Shown piece after piece: positions 16,831 to 27,481 of a stretch of DNA of 64,000 nt. The DNA is taken from IMG/VR virus record IMGVR_UViG_3300026549_000001, positions 58,569-122,568 of that record; one strand, given 5' to 3'. This DNA is from a virus. Its lineage: Duplodnaviria; Heunggongvirae; Uroviricota; Caudoviricetes. The first letter of the stretch is position 1. Each line of letters starts with the position of its first letter. Under the pieces are notes generated by a model. It saw nothing but the letters and a program-made list of their open reading frames with translations, had not been told where the DNA came from and ran no database searches. A program made the position numbers and the translations under genes.

Positions 16831-17295
16831 TTATTTAATGTATTCCGATACATCAAAAGACATATCGTAGTTTAAACTTGTAAATATTCTAATAACATCT
16901 TCAATAAGTTTCTTTAACATTTCATTTGATGTTAAGGTTAAGTGCTTATTAAAATATTCACTTGTTTCTAATCCTTCTCTAAAACTTTCATTTGCCAATA
17001 ATAAATTGGTAGATATTTTGTCATCTTCGATATAATCTTTAATATATATATAGTCTATACCAAAGTAATGATTAAATGCTTCAGTTAATTCTATTGATAC
17101 TAATTGGAAAAAATAAGTAGCAAAGAAGTTTGCATCTATTTGTTCTTCTATATAAGCAACTATTTCTTCCGTAGATTTTGTTTTTGTTAAAGGATATACC
17201 GAATCATTTAAATTATCATTATCTACAAAAAAATATTCAGATAAGAACATTTTTTCTTTTAGTTTTGGATTAGCTTTTAATAACTTCTCAAACAT
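16831..17295 (-). CDS. hypothetical protein
   Basis: 154-aa ORF; N-terminus resembles 19112..19342. Confidence 0.55.
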   Translation of the reverse strand: MFEKLLKANPKLKEKMFLSEYFFVDNDNLNDSVYPLTKTKSTEEIVAYIEEQIDANFFATYFFQLVSIELTEAFNHYFGIDYIYIKDYIEDDKISTNLLLANESFREGLETSEYFNKHLTLTSNEMLKKLIEDVIRIFTSLNYDMSFDVSEYIK

Positions 17296-17297
17296 AT

Positions 17298-17864
17298 TTA
17301 AACTCCTATATATTGTCTATAATATACATCTACATAAGATGCAGAATATACCTCATAAACTTTTCTAAACACATCTCTTATGAATTCTACTATATCTTCA
17401 GGGGCTAACATTTCATCTTCTTCTATATCATCATCTTCTTCATCAGAAAAATCATTATAAAGAGCATCTTCCCCACAAAAATATTTAATAAATACAGGAT
17501 TGCCATTTAAATAATCTGTGTCGATAAAATCATCTTTTATTGCTCCTTCAAATACTGTATAAAGTTCTTCGGGAGCATCCTCAAATTGATGAAAGAATAT
17601 AACTCTGCACCAATAATAAAGCTCTTTTACTATTTTAGCAGTTGTATGCTCTATCCCCGCAAGAGCCACATTATCTTTATCAATTAATTCAATAATAGTA
17701 TCTATTGGGGTATCGGGAGCAATCTTTAACTTTTTCCGTTCATCCTCAAATAGCGAAGTTGTTATAAGAGAACGAACTATATCTCTATTATCTAATACTA
17801 TTTTTGTAAAGGTACATACATCCATTATATTTTTCTCCGTAGTAAATTTTAAGTGAATAGCCAA
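17298..17864 (-). CDS. hypothetical protein
   Basis: 188-aa acidic ORF. Confidence 0.55.
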   Translation of the reverse strand: MAIHLKFTTEKNIMDVCTFTKIVLDNRDIVRSLITTSLFEDERKKLKIAPDTPIDTIIELIDKDNVALAGIEHTTAKIVKELYYWCRVIFFHQFEDAPEELYTVFEGAIKDDFIDTDYLNGNPVFIKYFCGEDALYNDFSDEEDDDIEEDEMLAPEDIVEFIRDVFRKVYEVYSASYVDVYYRQYIGV

Positions 17865-19087
17865 TAATAAGGAATATCCTCTTTTTTGTAATGATAATAA
17901 TTAGAGGTATTACTATTACCTAAAAAAGAATCTCCATGTGAAGCGGCATATCCTAAATCATAATATAAATTATCCACACTTATCCAAGCGTGATGGCTGT
18001 TTGGAGAATTGTATTTCCCCTCACAATATACAGCATTTATGCCTATTCGTTTACACGCATATAATAAAGTCAAACTATAACCCATACAAGATGCTTTATG
18101 TTTTTCAAATACTTCTTCTATATGGTAACAAGAAGCATTATATTTTGCCATTGATAATATCTTCTTACAAAGTGCCATTACTACATTGTGTTTTGTATCT
18201 GACTTAACATTTTGTAATAGTCCATCTATATAAGTTAAATTCTTATTTGACTGTCGTATAAGTCCTTGTATAGTAGAAGCATCCCAACCTAAATATAGAA
18301 CTCCCATTCTATAATAATACGCCATAATCATACCTTCTCCAAAATTACCAAACTCTACTACAGGATGTCCAAATACCCATTCAGCATAAACATCTCCATA
18401 AAACGGAATAGTTAAAGGGAAATAATATGAGTATAAATATCCGCATATATTTTCATAAGTTTCAATTGGAGTTGTTGTTTCTATTGATGCTATATGTATA
18501 CCACTATCCGTATTTATTATTTCTTCTACAATTTGTTTTTCTGCCGCAGTTAAATTGACAGGACATATAGATATTGGAAATCTTTTAGATGTGTCTATAT
18601 AATCATTTGGAATAGGCGAAGGTGTTATATACGGAGTTGGAATACTTGTTATATTGGGTGTTGGAATATCTGTTGGATTAATGGTCGGAGTTTCAGTAAT
18701 TATTGAAGTAGTAGGAGCAACAGTTATATTTATTGTTGGAGAGGGAATAACTGTTGGAGTAATATATGGAGTAGGAGTAATTATAGGAGTGTTGCTTATT
18801 TCTATAAAAGGAGTTGAAGTAACTTCTATAATAGGCTCTTTTGTAACTTCTATATTGGGTACATCAGTAGGGGTATCTATCGCAAACAAAAAACGCCTTT
18901 TTAGAGGGCGTTTCTGTGGTTGACAGGTTTCTTTATTTTCTATGAAATCATTCGTTGTAGGGGTTATTTTGTGCGTTTCAGAAGGGGGTGTATACTTTAC
19001 CATTGAGTACGCATCTTGCGGCGTTACACAACAAATTGTTCCCAATATAATACATAGCACAATAACCATTATTACTATGCGATTCAT
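17849..19087 (-). CDS. exported transglutaminase-like protein with Pro/Thr linker
   Basis: signal-like N-terminus; ASCMGYS...HHAW...YYD Cys-His-Asp triad. Confidence 0.75.
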   Translation of the reverse strand: MNRIVIMVIVLCIILGTICCVTPQDAYSMVKYTPPSETHKITPTTNDFIENKETCQPQKRPLKRRFLFAIDTPTDVPNIEVTKEPIIEVTSTPFIEISNTPIITPTPYITPTVIPSPTINITVAPTTSIITETPTINPTDIPTPNITSIPTPYITPSPIPNDYIDTSKRFPISICPVNLTAAEKQIVEEIINTDSGIHIASIETTTPIETYENICGYLYSYYFPLTIPFYGDVYAEWVFGHPVVEFGNFGEGMIMAYYYRMGVLYLGWDASTIQGLIRQSNKNLTYIDGLLQNVKSDTKHNVVMALCKKILSMAKYNASCYHIEEVFEKHKASCMGYSLTLLYACKRIGINAVYCEGKYNSPNSHHAWISVDNLYYDLGYAASHGDSFLGNSNTSNYYHYKKEDIPYYWLFT

Positions 19088-19111
19088 TTTTATACATCCC
19101 TGCCTATGAAG

Positions 19112-19342
19112 TTATCCTATATAATCGTCAATGTTTATATCTACATCAAAATCATATTGGAAATTAGAATTGATGGTTGTTCTGATATAATCCATCAAGA
19201 AATCCTCAAATACTTCTTGTGGAACATCATCAACTGTATAAAAAGAATCGGAATCATAAAGTTCAAAATCCTCATGTTCAAAAAGTTCTGTTTTTATTTG
19301 AGGATATGTTTTTAGTATTTTTGCAACATCTATTTTATGCAT
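19112..19342 (-). CDS. small hypothetical protein
   Basis: 76-aa ORF, AAGGA RBS. Confidence 0.5.
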   Translation of the reverse strand: MHKIDVAKILKTYPQIKTELFEHEDFELYDSDSFYTVDDVPQEVFEDFLMDYIRTTINSNFQYDFDVDINIDDYIG

Positions 19343-19363
19343 CGTCTATTTCTTCCTTCATTA

Positions 19364-19606
19364 TTAAATAGGTTTTCTTATCATTAAAACTTTCTTTATT
19401 GGATATTCACCACTATCTGTATATAGGGTATCTACAAACACTTTAGAAATACAACAGGTAATAAAATTACCGTCTTTTAGCATTATACCAACAGGTTCAC
19501 CATAAGTGACAAAAACTCGGCTTTCTCCTATATAATCTGCACCTGTAAATTTTACACCGTTATCTGTTTGTGTTATCTTTAAGTTTTTAGAAATAATATA
19601 TTCCAT
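19364..19606 (-). CDS. small hypothetical protein
   Basis: 80-aa ORF abutting upstream stop. Confidence 0.5.
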   Translation of the reverse strand: MEYIISKNLKITQTDNGVKFTGADYIGESRVFVTYGEPVGIMLKDGNFITCCISKVFVDTLYTDSGEYPIKKVLMIRKPI

Positions 19607-19939
19607 CTATGCCCTCTTTAATTCTACAAACCCCATACTATTTATAAAATATCGTCTGCCATCTTCAAGTTCCACTATGTCAGAAACACTTAAACTTCTT
19701 GCTTTATAATCTTTGGGTTGGTTGGTATTTAATAAATTATATAAGTATGATAAAACACGGTACTCACTTTCATTAATTTTTAGGTCGGATATTTCTCCCT
19801 CATATACATTACGCCATTCTTTTAAATGTTCGGAAGTAAAACTCTCACCTTTTATATTATCGTGGTTCATACTATAATAATCCCAATTCATAAAACAAGA
19901 ATCATTATCAGTTGGTAATTGATAAATAATATATTTCAC
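19607..19939 (-). CDS. YodL-like protein
   Basis: IYQL...VYEG...P.DYKARSLSVSDIVEL...YFINSMGFVEL. Confidence 0.8.
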   Translation of the reverse strand: MKYIIYQLPTDNDSCFMNWDYYSMNHDNIKGESFTSEHLKEWRNVYEGEISDLKINESEYRVLSYLYNLLNTNQPKDYKARSLSVSDIVELEDGRRYFINSMGFVELKRA

Positions 19940-19952
19940 TTATACCCACCAC

Positions 19953-20279
19953 CTACATTAGCTCACTTACACCGAATGTCGGAACTTTAAACTTACCAAT
20001 ATTAAAGAATATTACATCTAAATTCTTTATGTTGTCATATTCTTCTCTTGGAATCTCTACATATAATAACCCTGTTATTCTTCGCATACTCAAAGTAGAT
20101 TTATATTGCTGTTCAAACAGTTCTTCTAATTTGTTATATTCAAAGTCATCGTATTGGTTAATAACCCCATCTTTAATTAATAACCTTCTCATATAGGGCG
20201 AAGATACTAATTGTAAAATATCACAATGACTTATATCAATTTCCATTCCTTCTACATTTAAAAACTCTTGCAATACCAT
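19953..20279 (-). CDS. hypothetical protein
   Basis: 108-aa ORF, AAGGA RBS. Confidence 0.5.
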   Translation of the reverse strand: MVLQEFLNVEGMEIDISHCDILQLVSSPYMRRLLIKDGVINQYDDFEYNKLEELFEQQYKSTLSMRRITGLLYVEIPREEYDNIKNLDVIFFNIGKFKVPTFGVSELM

Positions 20280-20437
20280 ATAAAGTGTCCTTTTTAATTA
20301 TTAAATATATGACTAATTTCCATACCAGTTGCGATTACCACCCACAATTATTTCTGCTATTAGAGATATAAGACCTATAATAGCGAAACCAATGACTATG
20401 CCAATTAGTAGTGTCATTTATATTATCACCTCATTTA

Positions 20438-20827
20438 TTAAGCATACGGAGGACTTTCAAAAGAGAAAATGCCTTTTTCCGTATAAGCACTTCCAATAGC
20501 GGGTTGTTGTTCTAACCAGTCAAGAAGTTGTTCATTTAATACTACTTTTTCTAAATCATTTAGTAATTCTTCATATTCACTATCTTTGGTTATAGTATAT
20601 ATTCTTTCTAAAATGGGTACGGTATCAGAAATATATGTATAAAGCCAATTAGCACTTCCACTTATATTATTTACCCACCCTTTTAGTCCGTAATGGTTAT
20701 CAAAAACATCTCCGTCATTATACCACTTATATTGGAGTTTACATAATGCTGTTACTGCTTGATTAGCCCTATTTGTACCGTCCCCATAGCCAGGTAAATA
20801 TTTCTCTATAATTTCAGCTCTTGTCAT
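20438..20827 (-). CDS. hypothetical protein, paralog of 28044..28454
   Basis: KYLPGYGDGTNRANQAV...WYNDG...ANWL. Confidence 0.65.
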   Translation of the reverse strand: MTRAEIIEKYLPGYGDGTNRANQAVTALCKLQYKWYNDGDVFDNHYGLKGWVNNISGSANWLYTYISDTVPILERIYTITKDSEYEELLNDLEKVVLNEQLLDWLEQQPAIGSAYTEKGIFSFESPPYA

Positions 20828-20835
20828 AATATTTT

Positions 20836-21213
20836 TTATATCCCGTGATATTCTTCAAAATGCCAACCTGTTTTATCAGTATATCTTGCATAAAGGAACG
20901 GAAACCCATTATGTCCACCGCCAGGATGGTAATAATCCATGTCAACAGTACACCAAAATACGAGTTCATCACCCGATTTTGACCGCTCTACTAATCCCTC
21001 TGCTTTTACGCGCAGTTCTCTAAAAATCAGTTTTAAAAAACCAACCTTTTCAACTATATCTTGTGAGTCATATTCTATGATTAATCTATACTCTCTGTCT
21101 ATAATTTTGGTATTGAAGATTAAATCAGAAAGACCAGTGCGTTTTCTAATTTCATCAGACAGTTCTTCCATTGGTATTGAATGAAAGAACTCTTTTGCTT
21201 TTTCTATATCCAT
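20836..21213 (-). CDS. hypothetical protein
   Basis: 125-aa ORF. Confidence 0.55.
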   Translation of the reverse strand: MDIEKAKEFFHSIPMEELSDEIRKRTGLSDLIFNTKIIDREYRLIIEYDSQDIVEKVGFLKLIFRELRVKAEGLVERSKSGDELVFWCTVDMDYYHPGGGHNGFPFLYARYTDKTGWHFEEYHGI

Positions 21214-21230
21214 ATTATCCCACTTTCTAT

Positions 21231-21722
21231 TTATAGTATACCGTTTGCTACTTTAGCTTGTTTTACTAACAATTCATATTCTTCTTGCGTACATTGGTTG
21301 GTATCTAACAATCTTCTATATTCTGTAATAAGATTATCAATATGAGATTGTTTGTAACTATTATCAGCTTTCTTTAATTGTGCATCTGATATTTGCTTCT
21401 TCCATTTATGTAAATTAGGAGAACAATAAAATTCTGTAAAAGATAGTTCAGGCAAAGTAATAGTTAATTCATCAGCAGACAAAGCATCTGTATTTAATGT
21501 GGGGTGAAAAGTATTGATATAATATACTTCATAAACAATCATATCTGCTTCACTTTTACATTCAGCGTATTCTATCTTTGTTACATATTGAGGATTAATA
21601 TTTATACGGTCTAATCCCTTTGTTAAATGCTCTCTTATTCTTTGTGCAAGAGGTCTTTTAGTTCTTCCTATATATACAACTACATCATCATAATATATTT
21701 TATATATAAAATATCTCTTCAT
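21231..21722 (-). CDS. GIY-YIG nuclease family protein
   Basis: FIYKIY...YIGRT...QRIREH...YEVYYI...P.LN. Confidence 0.8.
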   Translation of the reverse strand: MKRYFIYKIYYDDVVVYIGRTKRPLAQRIREHLTKGLDRININPQYVTKIEYAECKSEADMIVYEVYYINTFHPTLNTDALSADELTITLPELSFTEFYCSPNLHKWKKQISDAQLKKADNSYKQSHIDNLITEYRRLLDTNQCTQEEYELLVKQAKVANGIL

Positions 21723-21742
21723 TATTCCCTACAATAAGTATA

Positions 21743-23236
21743 TCAATAAGTAAATGTCCAACTGCCCGCTAAACTATCATTCAATCCGCTTAACATCTTA
21801 ATATTAAGTGTTCCATCATAAGTGTTTCCCTCAATTGTAATTGATGCGGGGAGTGAATATGTCAAGCATCCTAAAATGTTGTTCGGGTCATACAACGGTT
21901 CAAAATTATCTAATGTTAAATTATCAACATTTACTTTATCGTCAAATGCCATTTTAATTTGTTCAATTACTAATGGAAATAGTTTGTTGAAAATCTGTAA
22001 TGTTGTTTCATTTGTGAGAGGTTGTCCATAAGGATAAAACTCATGGTCAGTAGTTCCTTGAATTTTAACACGACAATCTTGTATTGTTTGATTAGCACCT
22101 ACTGTAAAGGTATATTCACTATAAAAATGACTTGCCATTAAGGGATGTAATTCGTCTGCGTGTTTACAAAAATCTGTGTTTATCTTATAAACTGTTGTTC
22201 CGTCATACGATGTATCTTTTTGATACTCATAGTCATATAAACGGGAACAAATATATGGTTGAGCTTCTTCAAGTTTGAAAAACTTATCAAATGTTCCTTT
22301 ATTATCTGCAATACTAAATACATCACCAAGTCTGCCATTAAATATAGAAGGTATATCTATTGGAAAATCAGTAGCAATGGACTCATATCCTATATCATAT
22401 CCATTTGCCCAATTATGAGCATCAGTATCAAGATATACTCCAATCTCTAAATCTAATGGCTTGTTATTACCCTTTAAATATATTCCACGAGTGATTGTAT
22501 ACTTATTTGTGTTATCATATTCATCTGTATTTTCAATATATTCTAAAAGCCTATATTGATAGTCTGAAACATCTATCGAAGGAGCATATATAATCGAATG
22601 TGCCATTGATTCATCAAACATAGCCATTAGAATTTCTTTTGCCATTGTTTGTAAATCTGTTGGAGGAATATTACCAATATCAGTCATCTCTACTCGGATT
22701 CTGTGATTACCAATGGTTTCGCTTGTGTCAGTAGATATACTTACCTCTAATGAAGTATCATATATACTCTGTGCATCAGAAGCATAGCCCACGATAGTGA
22801 TTTCTCCACATTGTTTCACAAACCCTGAATTATTAGGGGCATCAAAGGCATTACCCTCTCCCCATTCTCTATAATGAGTAGTGAATGTTAGATTTTTACC
22901 AAATTGTGTATTCTTTAATTTTTCCATAATCTCCTGTTCGTTTAAGGAAAATGGAGACTGTAGAAAATACACTTTATCTCCCCTATATTCAAATTCCTTT
23001 GTTTTCAGTTCAGGTAATATGGTTTTCAAGTTCACATCTTCGGAATTAAATACCACAGGTGAATTTGTTACATCTATATAAGGTGTTGGTTCTGTTACTT
23101 GTTCTGTTTCTTTAGGTGTTTCGTTTGGTAATATCGTCTCTTTTGGAGATGGGGTGGTATTATCTTTATTAGGATTACACGCAAATAAAGATAAACACAT
23201 TCCTATAACCATTAATATTATAATTGTCTTTTTCAC
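21743..23236 (-). CDS. large lipoprotein
   Basis: GTG start 23236 with AAGGA; SLFAC lipobox, TPSPKET linker. Confidence 0.7.
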   Translation of the reverse strand: MKKTIIILMVIGMCLSLFACNPNKDNTTPSPKETILPNETPKETEQVTEPTPYIDVTNSPVVFNSEDVNLKTILPELKTKEFEYRGDKVYFLQSPFSLNEQEIMEKLKNTQFGKNLTFTTHYREWGEGNAFDAPNNSGFVKQCGEITIVGYASDAQSIYDTSLEVSISTDTSETIGNHRIRVEMTDIGNIPPTDLQTMAKEILMAMFDESMAHSIIYAPSIDVSDYQYRLLEYIENTDEYDNTNKYTITRGIYLKGNNKPLDLEIGVYLDTDAHNWANGYDIGYESIATDFPIDIPSIFNGRLGDVFSIADNKGTFDKFFKLEEAQPYICSRLYDYEYQKDTSYDGTTVYKINTDFCKHADELHPLMASHFYSEYTFTVGANQTIQDCRVKIQGTTDHEFYPYGQPLTNETTLQIFNKLFPLVIEQIKMAFDDKVNVDNLTLDNFEPLYDPNNILGCLTYSLPASITIEGNTYDGTLNIKMLSGLNDSLAGSWTFTY

Positions 23237-23295
23237 AAATACTTTCCTTTCTAATAAACTTTCCAAGAGCGTTTTTCTAAAAATGTTATTATGCT

Positions 23296-24222
23296 CTATT
23301 CATCCCAATAATCGAATAATTGAACTTCTATAACCTCGTTATTTTCATATCTCGTAAATCCGCGTCCACAAACAGTCAAATTTGATTTATTGGTAATATC
23401 TTTTTCAAATACTGTAAAAGAGGTATAGGAACTGCATTCTCCTATTATTAATTTGTTTGACACATAACACAATAAATCTTTAGGAACATAAGAATAGGAA
23501 AGTTTTGACGGCAGTAATAATACATTAATCCCAGCGCGTTTGCCTAATCTTATAAGACTACCAAGAGCATTATTTATTCTATCTATTAAAACATACTTAT
23601 TTTGTTGTAACTCACCGTACATATCATTAACACATAATATAATATTTTTCCTATGATACGGTAGTTTATCTACACTATCCACTTGATGTTGTTCCATACA
23701 TTTATATAACCTCATCATTCGGTCGTATAATCTTTGAACAGCATCTACACTATCTGTAAAAGATGAAACATAAGTAATACCATTAATATGTTGTAAATGT
23801 GAAAAGTCACCGTTTACATCACAGAATATAAATTCTATACTATCAAGATTATTTAATATATGCCGCATTATAAGACTAATAAACATTTGTTTATTTGTAT
23901 AGGATTCTGCTCCAACCAACAAGCCTGTTGATTTTAGGTTATCATTATTTCCTAAACTTAACTCCCAATTAAATGGAAATTCAGCATCGTTTACATTCAT
24001 TTTACCAAGTGGAACAGTATATGGAGTTTTTGATGCTTCGTAACTATAATGGTCTTTTAGGATTTTTTGAGTATAGTGTTTTGTTCCTCTTAACATTTGA
24101 ATAGTGAGTGGAAAAGAATTGGTTATTTCCGCTTCACCCTTTGCAATAAGTTTGTTTGCTCTTTTTAAGTCTGTGGACATTAATTTTTGTCCATCTTTAG
24201 ACAAAACCTTTACTTCTTTCAT
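23296..24222 (-). CDS. RRXRR/PLMP-domain protein fused to a degenerate FtsK-like ATPase
   Basis: VLSKDGQKLMSTDLKRANKLIAKGEA...FPLTIQM; degenerate Walker A GAESYTNK, Walker B ILCVND, LIRLGKRAGINV. Confidence 0.7.
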   Translation of the reverse strand: MKEVKVLSKDGQKLMSTDLKRANKLIAKGEAEITNSFPLTIQMLRGTKHYTQKILKDHYSYEASKTPYTVPLGKMNVNDAEFPFNWELSLGNNDNLKSTGLLVGAESYTNKQMFISLIMRHILNNLDSIEFIFCDVNGDFSHLQHINGITYVSSFTDSVDAVQRLYDRMMRLYKCMEQHQVDSVDKLPYHRKNIILCVNDMYGELQQNKYVLIDRINNALGSLIRLGKRAGINVLLLPSKLSYSYVPKDLLCYVSNKLIIGECSSYTSFTVFEKDITNKSNLTVCGRGFTRYENNEVIEVQLFDYWDE

Positions 24223-24329
24223 TGTAAGTAACTCCTTTTGAAAATATAAACGCTTTACAGCAAAAATATATAAAACTGTTTATAGCCTGTAAGGGCTGTA
24301 ATTTTAAGTCTTACGACTATATAAATATT

Positions 24330-24617
24330 TTAAAGTTCAAACACTTCAGCTCTAAAAACTAAATAGTTATCAAAAGCACATATCTTTTCAAGGTCGCATT
24401 CTGGGTCAATATAATATTCAAAATTGTGAGTATAACCTGACTCTATATCAGCTTCATCCCAAGTTAATTTTACATCATTTGCATTATCTATTTCTCTATT
24501 ACATAATACATAAGCACCTTCAGATTTTAGAGCTTTATATTGTTCCTTTGTAAGAACTACTATAGAATGAGTGGAACTACTGTTAGTTTCAAACACACCT
24601 ATTCTTATGTTAATCAT
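24330..24617 (-). CDS. hypothetical protein of FETNSSSTHS motif family
   Basis: MINIRIGVFETNSSSTHSIVV; start at 24617 overlaps upstream stop. Confidence 0.7.
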   Translation of the reverse strand: MINIRIGVFETNSSSTHSIVVLTKEQYKALKSEGAYVLCNREIDNANDVKLTWDEADIESGYTHNFEYYIDPECDLEKICAFDNYLVFRAEVFEL

Positions 24618-24949
24618 CTTTCTTTTCCTCCCAATTTGGAAAAGTTTAAACAATATATTCTAATTCTTTCTTCATCATTTAGTATATCCCAATCACCAGT
24701 ATCTTCTGCTATTCCGATTTCCTCAAGCCAATCTCCCACATCAATAGGGGCGTGTTCATTTATATAGAATAAATCTGCCCCATTATCAAACATTGAAGGC
24801 AAGTCCATTGACAATTCTCTTAATAAGTTATTGTTTGAAGCATCTACAACAGAAAGTTTTAGCAGTCCACTTTCATAAGTAGACACATCTATTTTTACTT
24901 TACATCTAACATATCCATCATAATAATCATATATATTAGAATATATCAA
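24614..24949 (-). CDS. hypothetical protein, possibly DUF4313-like
   Basis: LSMDLP...YINE...WLEEIGIAEDTG pattern. Confidence 0.45.
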   Translation of the reverse strand: MIYSNIYDYYDGYVRCKVKIDVSTYESGLLKLSVVDASNNNLLRELSMDLPSMFDNGADLFYINEHAPIDVGDWLEEIGIAEDTGDWDILNDEERIRIYCLNFSKLGGKER

Positions 24950-24965
24950 ATTGGTTCACCTCTTT

Positions 24966-25454
24966 TTAATTAACATCAAATAGCGGGAAATTTGCTCCAT
25001 TTTCATGACTGTTATCCCAAATTATGTCATACTTGTCTAAATCAACTTTTAAATAAGTAGACACGAGCTTTATCACATCATCAAAGTTTGCCTTTTCTTC
25101 ATTTTCCAAAATGGTTTGAATTATTAAATCTGCCGTCATCGAGAATAACCCTGAACCTACTATAATGTCACATAAATTATCCACAGTAAGTTGTTCAATT
25201 TCTTTATAATAATGTAATGCGGCAACATCAATAGAAAGATAACTACTTTCATCTTGGACTTCAATTTCCTCATCTTCGCTTACTAAAAAGTATATCCAAG
25301 AGCAGTCTGTCATTTCTTTAACAAACTCAACCCCTAATGAAGTATTAATACTCATAGGTTTAAAATCTTCTATTAACTTAAAAATTATTTCGTTGACTAT
25401 TGGGTTTTGGTTGTTACCGAACCACTCCATATTATTTATTATTAGCTTTGCCAT
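24966..25454 (-). CDS. hypothetical protein, paralog of 76..558
   Basis: similar length and N- and C-terminal patterns. Confidence 0.55.
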   Translation of the reverse strand: MAKLIINNMEWFGNNQNPIVNEIIFKLIEDFKPMSINTSLGVEFVKEMTDCSWIYFLVSEDEEIEVQDESSYLSIDVAALHYYKEIEQLTVDNLCDIIVGSGLFSMTADLIIQTILENEEKANFDDVIKLVSTYLKVDLDKYDIIWDNSHENGANFPLFDVN

Positions 25455-25930
25455 TAACTTAACCTCTCTGCGTATTGCTCTTTGTTTGCTAACCGTATGC
25501 CTAAAACAGAATCAATATGCCCTTCTTGGTCGGGCTTATATCTTCCAAACTTAACAATAATATTTGGAAATTGTTTTAATTGCTCTAATTGGTCTGATAT
25601 TTCCTCTTTATTATATCCTGTATAAATAACAATATCATCTTCTGTTTTTTCCCGAAACGCAGATATTAAATCTATCATCTCTGTACTATCAAATGGTTCA
25701 AGTCCACCAAACACAATTGAATGTGTTATATCATTAGATAGATATTTATTTACTATGTATTCAGTAGGCAACACGATACAAGACATATTTGCTAAATCAC
25801 TATTTTGACAAACTGGTTTACCATATTCCTTATCACACTTAAAGGTGCAATAAGGAAATATGATAAACATACAGGCTTTTTTATATTGGCAGAAATCCTC
25901 TGCTACTATTCCTTTTAATTTTATTTGCAT
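25454..25930 (-). CDS. nrdG: anaerobic ribonucleotide reductase activating radical-SAM protein
   Basis: CTFKC...CQN, FGGLEPF, IVIYTGY, VKFGRY. Confidence 0.85.
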   Translation of the reverse strand: MQIKLKGIVAEDFCQYKKACMFIIFPYCTFKCDKEYGKPVCQNSDLANMSCIVLPTEYIVNKYLSNDITHSIVFGGLEPFDSTEMIDLISAFREKTEDDIVIYTGYNKEEISDQLEQLKQFPNIIVKFGRYKPDQEGHIDSVLGIRLANKEQYAERLS

Positions 25931-26189
25931 ATTTCCTTACTCATCTTTCATAAAATAATACAGTATTAAATAAAAACCAATCCTGTATTTTGTTTTAATA
26001 GATTACATTTACTATAAATCACTTCATAAAAATATATGAAGGTAAAAGTTTCCCCTGACTGCTTATAGACTGTGCATTGTTATAAACTGGGAAAATTCAT
26101 AAGTGCCATCTTTTCCAAGAACGCCTATAAACTATGCCTGTAACCTACCCGTATTACTATATCAAATGTAAGCAACACAAGTAGGATTT

Positions 26190-27422
26190 TTAATCATCTA
26201 TTTCAAATTCTATTATCGTTCCATTATAAGCATTTATTGAAATTGAATATTCTAAATGCTTAACATTAAATTCAATTTCATATACCCATAAGCCATCATC
26301 AAAATCTAATTGTATTTCATAATGAGAGATTTGGGATTCTGTAACATTAGCTCTTTGAAGTGCAATGTTCTTTGCTTGTGCTTCTGTTATTCTATTAGGT
26401 GCAGATGTGGGAGAAGAAGTGTTGTGTATATAATCATCGTCTATTTCTTTATTAAAAAATAGTATTGTGGCTTTAATAGCATCAATGATAAATTCGTATT
26501 CATATCCACTTGCCTTGAATTCTATATCATACACCATTTTACCATTTTGTCTTTCTAATTCAATAGAAAAATCATAAACACTATTTGCTGACACCCCTGC
26601 GTGTAGAATTGCAATTTGTTTTGCAGATTCCGCACTAATATAATTTGTATTATCTGTTGGTATTGAAGTAGTAGGGACAGAAGTAGGAGTGTTTGTAGGG
26701 TTAGGGGTAATGTTTGGGGTGTTTGTGGGCTTTGGCTGTTGTGTAGGTTGAGAGGTCATATATGGAGGAGTGTCATTTAAATCTACATCAAATGATAAAA
26801 CTTCACCACTAATAGCATCAACTTCTACATCATATTCAAAAGAAGAATTAGCCAAAAACTCTACATCATATATCATTCTCCCATCATCTTTCTTAAATTC
26901 TGTATGTGTCCAAACAACATCCTTTGCGTTTATATGAGCATAATTGTAAGCAATATTAATAGCTTCTGCTTCACTTATATATGTAGGCTGTGGAACATTT
27001 GTGGGAGCAGTAGTGGAAAGGTTCGGTGTTGGTATAGGATTTGTTGGCGTAGCTGTACCATAAACAGGGAGTTTTGCTACTTCATACCCAATAATTGCAC
27101 CGCTTACAGCATTAACGGTCACATCGTACTTGTGTGCTGTTGTTATAAATTCTATCTCATATACTGGCGTACCGTTTTCAAAATCCGTTTCAACTTGACA
27201 AGCAACTACATTAGTTTCAGAAATATTGGCATGATTAAATGCAATCATTTTCGCATCTTCTTCTGAAATTATGTGTGGGGGCTTTGGTGTAAACGGGGTT
27301 GTAGAATTTAATGGTTTATCCTTGTTTAAATTAGCATTTTCGGAGTGTGGTCGGGAGGTGCAAGCCATGCCTAAACACATTAACATTGCGATAACCACAC
27401 AAAAACTTATGTATTTTTTCAT
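26190..27422 (-). CDS. lipoprotein with four PepSY-like repeats
   Basis: GMAC lipobox; four I(S/T)xxxAxxIA...YE/DIEF...DAxxG repeats separated by Pro/Thr linkers. Confidence 0.85.
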   Translation of the reverse strand: MKKYISFCVVIAMLMCLGMACTSRPHSENANLNKDKPLNSTTPFTPKPPHIISEEDAKMIAFNHANISETNVVACQVETDFENGTPVYEIEFITTAHKYDVTVNAVSGAIIGYEVAKLPVYGTATPTNPIPTPNLSTTAPTNVPQPTYISEAEAINIAYNYAHINAKDVVWTHTEFKKDDGRMIYDVEFLANSSFEYDVEVDAISGEVLSFDVDLNDTPPYMTSQPTQQPKPTNTPNITPNPTNTPTSVPTTSIPTDNTNYISAESAKQIAILHAGVSANSVYDFSIELERQNGKMVYDIEFKASGYEYEFIIDAIKATILFFNKEIDDDYIHNTSSPTSAPNRITEAQAKNIALQRANVTESQISHYEIQLDFDDGLWVYEIEFNVKHLEYSISINAYNGTIIEFEIDD

Positions 27423-27481
27423 GAAAAAAAAATTCTCCTTTATACTTTTCGCGTGTGGTTTCCCTCCAAACCACATCACTA

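Noticed and set aside
25931-26189. Possible riboswitch or ncRNA upstream of nrdG
   Set aside because: No recognisable riboswitch consensus or convincing stems by eye.
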